Below, one piece after another: positions 45,750 through 59,530 of a stretch of 64,000 nucleotides of DNA. Numbering within the stretch: position 1 is the stretch's first letter; each line of letters opens with the position of its first letter. The translations under genes were made by a program, and so were the position numbers. Origin of the DNA: Phoronis australis (taxonomy: Eukaryota > Animalia > Phoronida); the NCBI GenBank assembly GCA_002633005.1, contig NMRA01000232.1:213181-277180 (forward strand). The letters are read 5' to 3'. The notes under the pieces are model-generated. The model searched no databases and was not told the origin of the DNA. It saw nothing but the letters and a program-made list of their open reading frames with translations.

Positions 45750-46800
45750 ACACGTAAAATTTCCAGGACGCATATTTTCTATTCAAGAATTAAAATATCT
45801 GAAGGACCAAAAACAACTTAAAATCAGAATTTGTCACACCAGGACCTATATTTTATCACGTCAGGACCGAAAGAATTTACTGATCACTCCTGGACATAAC
45901 ATTGATCACGCCAGGACAGAAAATGTTGATACCAGGAAATCACGTGACCTTCCTCTATCCGACACTGACGATCCGGTGCGTTTCCGTGATACTCAGCCGT
46001 TGTTCAAGTCTAATTTGTTCAAGTGTACATTGACTTCTGTTGTAGAACGTGCAACAGAAAACAGAAATTCCAGGGCCGGATCCAGGATTTTGAGTTAGGG
46101 GGACCAGGGCACAGGAATAACCAGAATTTCGGCAGATGCGCGCTCCCAGCCTAAAATGTGGGGATGCAGTTGTCTCGAATTTTTGGGTTTGCGGACCTGT
46201 TGACTAAAAAAAAAACGTAAACGGGGTTTGTTTAGGGCCTATGCATTGTTTCTTCGACCCCCAAGCTCCCCTGGTTACGCGCATGTGCTAGTCAGCAATT
46301 CGCACCCGAACTCCCAAATGCTATCTGGTAGAGTTTTAGGGGGCCATGGCCCCCTTGCCCCTCTCCCCNCCCCCTAAATCCGCCACTGAATTCAACCTCA
46401 TTTTCACAATAATATGACTCAGCGTCGTCGGGGAATTATCGTGTTGAACGCCAAGCCCTTGCTTGTACACTGACGTCATCACTTTCAGGAGTCAATGCTT
46501 GGATGGTCACGTGGACTCCTGGCATGAAAATTTTCTGTCCTGTCATGATAAATTTTCTGTTCTGACGTATTAAATTTTCGGTCCTGATGTGATAGACTTT
46601 AACATGCTAAACTTTGGCCTTGAGTACGTTTTGGTTTTGAAGAGCGAAAATAATGTTTGGGTTTATTTTAATAATTGCAGAAGTGAAAATTCCGGTTTTG
46701 AGGTACTTATTTTTGGTTCTGCGTAGTATAAATAATGTTTAGGTCTGTTTTTAAATCTTGCGTGGAAGACTGTGTGTCCTGGATTTTCTCCGTTTTGACT
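45750..46800. mobile_element. Degenerate fold-back element with ccaggac/tcacgtgacc subterminal repeats (same family as 50580-51088)
   Basis: Repeated caggac motifs ending tcacgtgacc (~45949) mirror ggtcacgtgg...gtcctg repeats from 46505; right end ggattttctccgttttgac matches the 51088 end. Confidence 0.55.
46071..46388 (+). mobile_element. hAT5-like MITE (5-bp TSD aattc) with an extra ~140-bp internal insert
   Basis: cagggccggatccagg ... taaatccgccactg; aattc on both sides; same family as 47038-47191 and 59362-59530. Confidence 0.8.
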
Positions 46801-47037
46801 TTCTTGTACAGATAAGTCTGGAGCGTTTTCTAAATGCTACACCATCACGAGCTTGACGTAAAACATATTTTTTATTTAAATTCTGGGGCTTTTTTCATGG
46901 AAAGTGCCTTCAGACTTAAAAATCAGACATTTGACTCGGGCCCTCCACGACTTTTTCTAAAAATAAGTAGATCTCGATCAGCAAAGGCACAAAAGTCTCT
47001 GAAAATATTCACATAGCAGCTAGTTAGCGGCCATAAT

Positions 47038-47191
47038 CAGCGGCGGACTTAGAGGGGGGCCAAGGGGCCATGTCCCCTCTAAAGTTCTCCAAGATTCCAT
47101 TTGGCAGTTCGAGGGTGCAAATGTCTGACTGGCAAAATCCTGGTTAATACTGTGCTCTACCCCCCAACTCAAAATCCTGGATCCGCCCCTG
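47038..47191 (-). mobile_element. hAT5-like MITE (5-bp TSD ataat)
   Basis: cagcggcggactta ... cctggatccgcccctg; ataat at 47033-47037 and 47192-47196. Confidence 0.85.
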
Positions 47192-50100
47192 ATAATTTGT
47201 ATAAATTATTTCTAAGCTGTGCTGTGCGATTAATCACCACGCCTTCAGACTTAAAGCGGCAATAAGCCCGCCAACCTTTTTATTAAAACCATTTACCGTT
47301 ATAAACTTGGTCTCAGATTGTTCCCTATAGCAAAATTAGAGGCGACTTCAAGGCTTCCAAAGAACTGGAAGAACATACTGGAGGCCAGGCTCTAGAAGTT
47401 GGCTTGACGTGATTTTATGGACCAAGATGTCATTTTATGTGCTGAGCATGGTCTCAGGGGCTAACCAACTGTCAGGTATTTGGTAATCCATAATTCTTCC
47501 TCATCTGAGTAAGGAGACAGCTTTGAGACAGGCTTTATATGGATAAATGATCGAATTTTTTCTCAGGCAGTTGAATGTCAAAAATATGTGATTGGCTTTT
47601 GAAATCGCAGTTTCTGCTTTTGAAATGAAAACGTGACTTTAAAACACAATGCGACCTCGTCACATTCCTTTTGGGTCGTCTATAGCAAATGACTTGTGGG
47701 TAAAACACACGTTCATTTGTCGCAAGTTAATAAATTTCGTGGCATTGAGACGAAAAGCAGAATAGTGTACCACATACAGCCTATTACTTTTTAAAGAACG
47801 GAGAATACAGGTGCACCGTGGATTTTTTGTTTGCCAGTGTGTATTGGAATCTTGACAAAATGCCATTCAAGACAACAGTTGACGTATTATTATACACGGT
47901 CATCTGCCTGGGATGTTCATTGCGTGTATACACAAACAATTCCTTAGCCAGTGTTATCCATATAGTAGTATAAACAAGCTGGTGTTTGTTAACCACGCGT
48001 GGGTACATTTTGGTAAACCCATTCCTACTTATTGTTTATAATAGTGTCGCAAGCCGGACCCTTTGTCACCCAACCAAAGATATCTTTGCTCCCATTCGCG
48101 TTCCCACGAGTAGGTTCCATCAAACTGCAATGTAATTCTAAATTTATTGTATCTACAATCCGAGAACTTTTTATTGCCGAAGCTGTACGTTTTAAGTGGA
48201 TTGTTCGCTGATTTTGAGGGAGAGGAGGTGGCATTTGTTCAGTGACCCACTGCAAATGTCCCATGGTGACTAAAAAGGTCAAACCCCCAAGAAGTTGTCT
48301 CAATCGATTTTGATATGTAAAGCTGGCGTACTGTAGTCAGAAAACGACACAATTTCGCATTTTTACGTGGTCTTTTTTGGAAATGCTCCACAATTCGATA
48401 CGGCCCTATAGTTTTCAACAGTTAAATTTCGTTCATGGTAGATTACCAATGTTTGTGTATCGGCCCGCGCGATAACAAGGGGATGTTTGTTATGTATATC
48501 TTCGGCAAACTGGGGGCGGAGTTTTCCCACGTCGATTCACAAAGAGTTTGGCACGAGCCAGCTAAATACCCGACAGCCCAGATGAGGCCAGAGGTAAATC
48601 AGTAAGGCGCAAAAACAAATCACAGCTGAACGTCCCGTTTGAATTATCATCTTCAAGTTTGTTCAAATATTCTTTTCCTTTGGTACTAACAACTCATGGA
48701 TAGCCATCTGTCGGATACTGGGAGAGTGACGAGTAATTGTCATCAGCGTTCTACGGAAAAAATACAAAAAGACTTATAAACAAACCAGTGGTTTCGCTCC
48801 CTTTAGCGAGCCTCAGATAACCTTACGCCTGATGAATCATGTTGACTGAGCGTTCACAATAGCCGGCGCATGCCATCACAGTGGGACAGTGTGTGTTGGT
48901 ATCTCACCGATATCATTATTTCAATTAGGGGGGACAGGTCATTTGAAATTGAGCTTAAGAGTTTTTTAAAGCGCTGCAAGACAAGACTTCGCAACAAAAG
49001 ATCACCTGACGTGGCAGATTCTCCACAAAGTAAAGAATAATTGACGCGTAAAGAAAGTGCATGAAATTAGGATTCCTTTGAAAGTTTCGCTATGACATTT
49101 GACATCCTCCCACCCCTGCTGAAATGGAAAGCACACCTTGAGTTTTTGGATGCAAGTGGTCGGGATCGTGGGAAAGAGACCCGGAGCTTTAAGTCTTACC
49201 TGGCGGCAGGTGTATTCCCACGATGTCTATGTATGCGGTTATGTGATGGTATTTTGCTTGAGTTTGCTGGGGATTTGACTGACAAGAAGCTATTGTACCG
49301 AACAATTAGATAAGAGCATCCAAAATAGCTGTTTGGATATGTTTATCTATAACCGATGACTTGCTTGAATCTGATGACAGTGCTCAGATTTCAATCGGCT
49401 GATCTCTGACATATTAGACGGCCTTTCATTGCTGCCGTCGAAGTCAACATGTGAGTCCCCAGCAAGCTATAGGAACAAGGTGTCAGTGAAAATTTGAAAC
49501 GACGAGTTCGGTCACGTCCTCAAACACAAGACCGCACGGTCCACTTTAGCACATAAAACCTATGCGATCTCGGAATGCCAACTCCACTGAAAAGCACGAT
49601 TTGTCTGCATGAAAATCAAGTTTATGACTCCTCGCAACCAATTTTGTTACAGCTGTATGTAGCCCAGTATAGCTGGCTAAAAACGGTTAGTCCGTTTATT
49701 CTGACAAAACCGGTATAGTGAACTAGCCTAAGTCTTACAGAATAGACAGTGAAGTTCAGGGTTGCCTGCCTGGACACAATTTTGGAAGGGATACCGCCCC
49801 CGGGACTCTAGCATATGGGACGTGCCGGTCAGATTGGTGACTTCGCCATCTAATTTCCTTACGAAAGTGTTCTCTTTTCAACATTACTCCCAACGAAAGT
49901 GTCCCCTGTTCAACGGGAAAATCTACAGAAGGCTTTTCAATAATATCAGGAAGCCTTCCTGATATTATTATGTCCTTGAAACATTGATTGCAAAAGATAC
50001 TCTCGTTTTTGAAAACATGACATTTCTTCTTGTGCTGATTCTGGCTTGATGTGCTAAAAAGACAGCTGCCTAAAAAATCCCACGAAAAGCCGGAGTTAGG

Positions 50101-50579
50101 GAGGGTTCGATTTCTGTACTGAGGGTGACTTTTTCGTGAAAGCTCCCTAAAAATGGGACCCTTTTTCAAGCGGATGCTCAAAATGGGTGTGCCGCTGGAG
50201 TTTTTCTAAAACAATTGCACTCGTTTTCTGCACGATTTTAACAATTTAGAAGTGTAAGCAACAGAAACAATTTCTATACAGTGTACTTTTGTTGTTGTAC
50301 ATCTACCACCATAACCTCAGCACCCATGAATTGAAGTTTGGCGGATATACGTAATTGTCGTATGTGCAATGGATTGTGGGAAATCGCCTTTTGCAGACAG
50401 AGCAGACGGAATTTATCCGAATAAATGTAATTCTTGTAAGCGCAAAACGTCCATGCGAATTAAATAAAGAGAGAACTTCAAATAAATAAAACTTGATACA
50501 CAGAAAGGTTGCCACTGTGCTCTAATGCAGTTAACAGTTAACGCGGTAATTTTCTGTCGGGATTTCAAGTTAAAAGTGC

Positions 50580-51088
50580 GCCAAAGCGGAAAAAAATCCA
50601 CAACACAAAGATTCTTTTCAAGAATTGTTAAATTCTCTGCAGGACCAAAAAACATACTCGAAACCCAAATTTATCGTGCCAGGGGCCTACAATTTATCAC
50701 GCCAGGAAGGAAAATTTATTACGTCGGAAAATTTCGTGCGTCAGGAAATTTTCACACGTCAGGAAAATTTCATGCCAAGAGACCACGTGACCATACATAA
50801 GCTAGTGACCCCTCAAAGAGAAGACGTATAGGTACACAAAAACAGCCGCATTGTCGTAACAATGAGGTTGAATTTCTGTCGTCTCTTCCACGTAAACAGA
50901 AGCACAATGTATACACTTGAATACGTCTGTGTATTACAGAGACACGGAGGATCGTCACTGTTACGTGGTCTCCTGGCATGAAATGTTCTCCTGGCATGAT
51001 GAATTTTGGTTTAGACTATATTTTTGGTCCTGCAGAGAATTTATTTCTTCAATACAAAGTTTGTGTCGTGGATTTTTTCCGTTTTGGC
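50580..51088. mobile_element. ~510-bp MITE with long TIRs and short internal tandem motifs
   Basis: gccaaagcggaaaaaaatccac...ctctgcaggaccaaaaa mirrors tttttggtcctgcagag...gtggattttttccgttttggc. Confidence 0.75.
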
Positions 51089-51606
51089 TTTCTATATCAA
51101 ATAGGGCACCAAGAGGATTGCATACAGCGCCTCCAGTGTCAGGTATACTGGAATCTAGATAGGTTGGCGCCCTTTATCCCCCTAAGAGAAAACTATGTAT
51201 TATACACGGCCGTAGCTTGTGGTAGAAAAGGACTATTTCCCACCGTTCCATTTGTTTCTAAATGTATACCTGTATTTGTTCTACGACTGACATGTGTGTA
51301 TAGTCAGCTATTTTTCAGTTTTACTTAATTTGTGGTCATTTGGAAAAAAATACAATCAATTTATTGTAACTGAAGCGTAATGCGCACTGACACGCAATGA
51401 GCCCTATGTAAACAGTTTGCGGTTGGCGCGGTTAGACATTTGCCAAAACTGACGTTGATTATATAGAAACAGAGTTATACGAAGTCGTAAATTTTACTTT
51501 GAACTTTAATCCAACATTAAAATTGGCAAAGAGCTTTGTGATTGTCGCTGAAAAAAAGAAAACAAAGAGAAAGAATTGTATAGTAAATGCGTCACAGTGC
51601 TAAATG

Positions 51607-51927
51607 ATTTCGCCCTATTTAGCTGGCTAAAAATGAAACTCGAATTAGGCCCTTTTCTCTGCCCCATGACATTCCTTACGGTGATTGGATTGTCTTTCCG
51701 TTACCAGCAACAACAATATCGAAACCATCAGCGACTGAAGAGTACCCTTCAGAGGTTATTGGGGTAGTACTACGAATTCGTAAATGGCGCATAAACGCAT
51801 TGCCTGTGACTTGAATTGGTAACGGAAATGAAATCCTTCCACGTTAGGAAATATTACGAGAGTAATGTTATGAGAATAAAAGGCCCACTTCAATTTTCGT
51901 TTTCAGGCAGCTAAAGCAGGGAGAAAT
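51607..51927. repeat. Old palindromic element (decayed MITE)
   Basis: atttcgccctatttagctggctaaaaatgaaa...tttccgttacca mirrors tggtaacggaaa...ttcgttttcaggcagctaaagcagggagaaat. Confidence 0.6.
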
Positions 51928-52626
51928 GTAGCTTTAATTAACGCTATAGAAAAAGAGGCGAAAAGTGTGACGTGATCGCGCTGGTTGTGAGGCAGTCGAG
52001 GAGATTCCGCCACTCTTAGTTCTGTCTTCCATCACTTCTCTAATTGGAAAATTGGCATTTGGCCAAACTCGAAAATCACCAATCAAACTCTGTCGTAGAG
52101 AACACGTGGTTCATTTGTTTAATTGAGTTGTTCACAGTTGCTGTGGCATAAGGTTTAGATTTTTGAAAACTACATTTGTTGTAATTTGCAGGTTTGTAAC
52201 ACATGAATGCGTTATTGTGTACATGAAAAGGCGACCACTGCCATATTGTGCGTCTCCAATTTCTGTCACATAGAAAAGACAATCTTTCCTTTGACGACAG
52301 GGCCCCGCGATGCCTCCATTTTTAGTCCCAATCCTCAATGAAAAATATTTAAAAATCACTGAAATTACTATCATCAAGCCCCAAACTGTCCCCTCCCCCC
52401 AATGATTAGAAATCTCCTTGCAAGGTTCAGACTCACATACATCTCATAAGGAATCAAAAAATGTTAGTCTTGACTACTGGAGGTATTGCCGTTTTGGCGG
52501 GGGGGGGTTTCTCTCAATCAAAAAAATAACTTATCATTCCGCAGAAGGTATGCGGTCACTTACAAGGGTCCCGTATTTTGAGAACCGTTTTTCTCCACTT
52601 ACTAACGGGCATCAAATCCGTGACCT

Positions 52627-52670
52627 GTAGCAGTAGTAGTAGTACTATGACAATAGTAGCAGCGGTGGTG

Positions 52671-52705
<35 letters not shown>

Positions 52706-52720
52706 TAGTAGTAGTAGTAG
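52627..52720. repeat. Compound (TAG)n/(GGT)n microsatellite
   Basis: Direct reading. Confidence 0.92.
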
Positions 52721-55700
52721 ATATAGTAATACATGAGGTAGAAGTAGAAACAGTAGTATTAGTTCAAGCTAGAGGCCAGTAAGAGCTCCTAGATTCAAGT
52801 GGTAGCATAGTACTAACGGTAATATTATTGTCCACCACATTCTCAGGTTTCAGATTTTTCCCAAAAATCAAAACAAGTTCCAATACCAGTGAAGACAATT
52901 TTTATCGATTAAATTGATAATATTTCGTAGACTGCCCAGTCTCTGCTTTCATTGTAATGCGGATCGAGTCTCTTCAAATGCGTTCAGTTCTATTGACCCA
53001 AGGGTACTTCGGCGTACCTGTACAAGGATGTTTTCGCTTGAATTCCACTGAAAACGCCAAACGTGACACTTGCCGTTGTGACGCAGATTTATGGCTAATT
53101 TGTTATTTTTTAATCAGTTCTACCCGCGGACACTAGTTGCGGTCAGCACGCGAAGCAGAATCCTCCCTCTGAGCGAAGTTGGAAGTGAAAATAAAGACGA
53201 TGAAGTAAAGGTCGACGTAAAAAGACTCATTGTCGTCTTCACAGCCCCTTGGCTTAAGCGACTTGTGCGATGACAGCGTCGCTAATTCCAGTGGCGTCGT
53301 TAGGATTTTTGCTCGTCACTTCCTGAGGCTTTCCGAACCAAAACAGACACTGGGCGGCTATATTTTATATGTAACGCAATAAATGGCCGATCTTGTCCTT
53401 TGTCACTGTCAGTTCTGAGGACCATCATTAGCTCGTTAATTCCTGCTCAAGTCATAAGTTATAAAAATCAACACAGTTCACGCACAGTCGCTCAACCGTG
53501 GTTTTACCATAAGACAAGGTCGTAAACTAACCTATGAACTTTACATATCCCCAACAGCCGGAATTGGATATGAAAACAGAGCATAGTAAAATTGTAGTCA
53601 CGAGATGTGACATTTGGTGTGGACTTGGCCTGTGTATTGTCGCATGATCGACACCAGAAAGGCAAGCTGTTATCAACTATGACCTATGAATCAAAAATTA
53701 AAATTGAACTGTAAACCCTTCATCATTTATAACATATATGCTCTGAACACCAGCACAGCGCACAAACGATACTACGATGTACAAGCAATTGTATTTATGT
53801 TTGCTGTGAAAATAGCTATCTTCAACTTACAATAACTATAATAATAATAGTAATAATAAAATAATAGTGAATAACCAAAATGATAATTTTGAGAAATCGT
53901 TATGATTATAGTAATTATAAATAATTATAACTGTGGTAATAATAGCCACAACACAAATATAACATTGTTATAGTTATTACAGAACGGTGCTTACTGTATA
54001 TAACTATAAACAAGTATTTGAACACGCACAAATGTTTTCACGCGTATTAGGATTGAGGTCTCAATGTTACAAAAATTTAAACTACGTGAAGTTTTAATAA
54101 GATTAAACTGCCGTGTAAACAGAATCCCTTTAGAGCATGTACTCGAAAGAATTTGTTAATAGGATTGACGATGTCATGCCGGAGATAGTATGTAATGTTC
54201 ATTTTAAACACCGAGTGGAGTGTTTGTCTAAATTATCACAGTAATGTAATTATAGCCTTCGTGCAAACATAACTAAAATTTCCTCATCTCATTACTCCAT
54301 TGGCAGCAGATAAATGTGTGACATTTTCCGTATTTTCTAATCCATCAAAAAATCCTCCGTCGCATTACATCATTTCAGTGGCTGTCCCTATAGAAAAATC
54401 TTCCATTTTGTTAAACAAGTGATTTTTTAAAAGCTGCATATGAATTCTTCTGATTCGAAAGGTGGGGAATGTTTTCCATTTATTTACCTGCACTATTTGA
54501 CCCGTTTACTCGTGATAGACCTACACGGGAAAAATATTTTGGAAATGGGAATACGTGAATCCACTGATCGCATCACACCTCACGGTATATTTGAAGTCTG
54601 AGACTTCCAATTTTTGCAATTAATCTTTTGAAGAATAACCCGGAAGTTTCCAAGCCGTGTTCGTTATCTGAAACAATTTGCCAAAACGCTCTTTTGAAGT
54701 TCTACACACGCGTTAAGTGCGCCATTATATACATTGGACGTTGTCTAAAAGAGACCACATGGGTCCCTATGCTGAGAATTCCTAAGTCGTTAACGAAACA
54801 GAAGCGTCTGCATTGTTGCCCAATCGAAACATAACAAGGCATTTCTTACAGAATTTGGTATTAGAGATTAAGATTGAATGGAACGTCACTGGCCATGTGC
54901 CACATTTCCACTTGTGAAAACATTACAAAATGGACCACTAATGGCCATAAATCCCTTTTGCGAATCTAAGAGATTTATCAGGGCTCGGCAAACAAAATCT
55001 AATCCCGAATATAAACTGTGCCGGAAAAAGAAAGCAACATCATTTAAAGTTAAAATCAACATAAACAATTCCGCGGTATAGAAGTACTCTAAGCCAGGCT
55101 GTTGGGTATGGTAAACACGTCTTTTATGTAAATGACACGATGGGGGAAGTCTCGTCTACGTGCCATAACATTATTTTTTCTTAATGAAAACATGAAAGTC
55201 TTCCGTTTTAGTGTTGAGTTGTCAATTAGAACACAATTGGTGATCAATTTGTTGTCTGTTATTAAGCCTCACTTGCGAGAAGTTGAGAATTCCCGGGTCG
55301 CATAGCTGCTACCGTGACAACCAGGGTTTGCCGCAAATTATTTATTGGCGGCGAGATATACACGTTGAGTCAATTAGTGTAGTTTGCTTATGTTTTTGGA
55401 GGGTCGTTCAGTTTGGCTTTCTAGTCTAAACATTAGTCTAACGTCGGCATTTTTCTATATTTGTGCAACCGTGTTCATCAACAGTTTACAATAATTCTGT
55501 ATTTTTCGGAAGTTAAAGAACGAGGCTGCAAGAAACATATCATAAATACGTTTATGTTAACATGGGAGTTTTATAAGAAGTATTAACCGATGTGATGCCA
55601 AAAATAAAGAAAAATTGCATTATGTTTGTCGAACACCTTCTGTCACACGATATCACGACATTTACGCATGGCAGTTTTTAATCATACTATAGACAAGCAT

Positions 55701-58700
55701 TGAAATGTGTACATTATTGCTCAGCGTCAAGAGGCAAAAATATCTTGTCAAGCACTCGCTCACATCATTATCAACGTTTCCAGATTTCTTCAGTTCAAAA
55801 AGCGAAAGTTCAGTCACAATGTATAATATATTGTTAAATTCTACCTATAACGTCACTGCAGTGTCTGGAAAAACTTGGAAATCGCGACACTTTTAAAAAT
55901 CGGAACCGGCAGCGTCATTTGTTCAACTGAAGCAAAGTATCATGCACACGCCGTGGAGATGATTTTAATGTCTCTATGATTTTCCCATCAGTGTCGAACT
56001 AGTCAAATCAAGATCTCAGCCCCTATAATGATTAATAGACAGTGCAGTTGGGGTCGATGTCCTTGTAACACAACATTAGAATCAATTTATTATCTGTAAG
56101 GAGGTGGCATCCTATGCGAACGCGCAGTCATTGAACCCCAGACTGAGTTATAGTAAAGGGTGAACAAAACGGTGAGTACTAAGACGGGTTCGTGTAAGTC
56201 CAAGTGACGTAGATCAAACCAATGTCTCATTCATTTTCTGTAATCTCTGTGACAAATTTTTATTAATTGCTGCTCAAAGTTTTAGTTGTGCGCTGCTCCT
56301 TTTTGGATAACCTTGATACGGAAATAGATGCATAGTTGTACTGTAACTAAAACGATTAATAATTGTGTTCTGCTAAGTGAGGCGTGCGCAGTACACATGG
56401 AGACTACAACTTTTGCGCCCAAATTTTAATAGAGTATAAGTTCCAGACTATATACAGAGGTGGGTGGAACAGTACCATTGAACACATTTTGGTACTGTGA
56501 GCTCAAAAATCTTGTGCCGGGTTATTCATTAAGCTATCTAAGGTGCAACGTGGGACCCCAGACAACTTAGGAACACTGCCTCCTACCGTGAGCCAAAGGA
56601 GCCACTCGTTGTAAAACTAGTTGTAAAGAATCGTGCCGACGAAGTTCCTAAATTCTGGGACGCGGGTGAAAAAAACGATGTAATGAGGAGCAGTGCCGTT
56701 ATACTTTTCACAGCTAATGCTACGAAAAATTAACCCAGCACTGGTCCTTGTACTAGTTTGTGCCTTCATTTTATTCATGTTCACTACTTCACTTATTTTT
56801 TAATTATGGTAAATCTAATTAGCTTGACGAACTTATGTCATCCAGCCAAACCTTACTTTAAATATTTTATAATTATTAAGAATGATTGTGTTCGACATGA
56901 CGTGGACAGCAGTGCCACTGCATAACGCTCCCGCGTCAGTCTCGTGCGTGGAGTATTCTTTCGGTCCACCCTGTACTGGCGGTCGTTGCCTCCACGCTTG
57001 GGCTTGTCCCTTTCATTACAAGTTTAATACTCGTTCTTTTTCACCAGGACAATAAGACTTTACAAGTTTGGTCTAGTCATTAGAAAAGCATAATTATGTA
57101 GCACAAAACAGGCATTTTTCTTCAAATTTCAGTCGCTTTAGAAACGTTGTATTTTGCATGGCACGATGGCCGTAGTACTGGTGGGCTACACAATGTAGTC
57201 GTGTGGAGATTCTACAAAGAGGTGTGATGTCCACTGCTATGTCAACGAAAACATTATGTTTGCTCTAATCGTTGGACGTTTTAAATTCATGGATTTTCTG
57301 TATTTTGTGAAATGCTTGGTCAAGCATGGAGTCAGTACCAAGGGTGTTTTTGGCGTAGGCACTACATCGCCCTAGCAGCCGGCGAGGGCTTGTCCCTGTT
57401 AGGCTTGCTTAACGGTTTTACTTTATGACTGACAACACTGCGATTATTTGCCCGACATCGTACTGTCATAAAAAGCTGTTGACCAAAATAAGTCGTGACA
57501 TTGTCACAAGAACAACAAGGCAACGGACATTTTTAACATGTGGTCAACCAAATCGTGCTTGTATTATTATTGAATTTAACTTAATCCTAAATGCAAGGGA
57601 TCAAAGAACGTCAAAAAGACCAATGTTTATTGAAACGTAAGTTATATCTGACTCTAGGAGATTACTTTTGAGTTAGCAAATTAGACTTAGAAAATCTTCA
57701 CAAAGCTTTCAGAAAATCTTGACAAGATGTTATGGCAATAAGTTAACACGATTTTCAAAAAATATTAGTAAGATTTTATCGAATTAATTGTGGTGAAGTG
57801 AAAATGAGGTCTTGATTTTGCGCCACTTTGGAATTTCATATGTTACGGATTAGGCCTACCAACGTTCCGCCTGTGGCGTTGGGCAGTTGCGAAGTTTGAT
57901 AGTCATTCGTGCAGATGATGGTCACCAGTCAGCCCCAGATAAGAACGCAACTAAGTTCCCTAAATCTTTTGCGTATTTGTGTCGTTCTTTGCGCACAGAT
58001 CAAATGTTTGTCTATCCTCCTTGACTTATAACATTTTGTAATAGTATTAACTATAAACTGAGCCCTCAGTTTAAGGAAAATAAAAGTCTTTAACTTAGAG
58101 CGTTGCATGAAAACAGCTCTATTTATTTTTCAATAATAGTGAGAATTCAACGTACAGGTAACTCTCGACTTGTATCAAAGCTAAAAAATTGACTCAGTAA
58201 CGAAACTAAAACAGCATAAGAAAGGACGATCACAGGTCCACGAATATACATTAGATTTAGTGGACCTGAATGCCCATTTGAGACTGTCTCGTGCGACCAG
58301 TCACAGGGGATTCCCAAGTTTTTACCAGGGGAGCTAAAATATCCTCAGCCGAGTAATCCACCTGACTGCAGATAGATTTTCCCTTGAACTAAGGATTTCG
58401 TAGTTTTCGTCTACTGAATTGTCAACAGAACTTTACTTTTGGAGAGGTAAAATACCTACATGAGCCCCTAAACAGCATGCTGCAGGGGGCGGACCTTCTA
58501 CCCTCACCCTTAACTCCGCTTATGGTTCTTACGAAAATAATTCTTCTCTCATTAACCGCACATAATCCCAGTTATAGTGTACAGACAGATTTGATACATC
58601 AAGGACATAAAACATAGCGTCATGCACGTGCAACTCGTGCCTTTGTCAGTCGTGAAATGAAAAGCGGTTAATGAGAAAAGCACCGAGTTCTTAGAACTCG

Positions 58701-59361
58701 TGTTTGGTTGATGAGAAAAGAACAGCAGCCCGTCAGAAAAAAAACTGTACTAATGAGACAAGGGCGCATATGATGAGAGGGCCTGGTGAGGGCATTGTGG
58801 AAATTATAACGAGGCAGGTGACAACGGTCAATATAACAATCCATAAGCATAACCCCCCCTGACTACCTTAAGATAGTATTTTAGGAATGCAGTTGTACAA
58901 AAAGCTCTTTTAGTCCATAAACGAATGAAACAGTCTCATATTTAGAGTAATTATTAATTCAAGTATGACCTCGCTCCCTCTCACCCTTCTGTCTAGCCTC
59001 TCTAAGTTATTTGTTTTCAAATTTTGATCAGCTGGTTTCGCCTGTTTTTCAAACTTAACACGAAAGCATTCGAATTAACATCCGATATGTAACCAAAGCT
59101 TCAGCAGATAACCGTTTAATCGCATTAACATGTTACAAAGCTTTTAATAAATGATGCAAAGTTTTCTTTTCATTGTTTTTCACAGTTCGATTGAAACCCA
59201 TTATGCTTTGTTTATATAGCTCTCAAAGCTGGTAGGGCTGTAATCTCCTAATGTATAGCAACGGAGCGCGAGTAAGTTAATGAGGAGATAAAGCCTAATT
59301 ACACAGTACACGGTCAAAGTATAGTATTCGGTGCGATTTACAGGAAATTCGACAAACAATT

Positions 59362-59530
59362 CAGGGGCGCATCCAGGATATTGAGTTAGGGGGAAGGGGG
59401 CAGGGCAGAATTTTAGCTAGTAGGATTTTGCCCGTCAGACATGCGCACCCCGAACTGCCAAGTGAAATCTGGGAGAAATTTAGGGGGGCATGGCCTACTT
59501 GACCCCCCCTCCCCCTTAAATCCTCCACTG
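59362..59530 (+). mobile_element. hAT5-like MITE (flanks caatt / cagtt)
   Basis: caggggcgcatccagg ... taaatcctccactg; 5-bp TSD with one mismatch. Confidence 0.78.

Noticed and set aside
45700-51328. Longer ORFs (132, 141 and 116 aa)
   Set aside because: They overlap fold-back or MITE-like sequence, show no homology and have no convincing splice context
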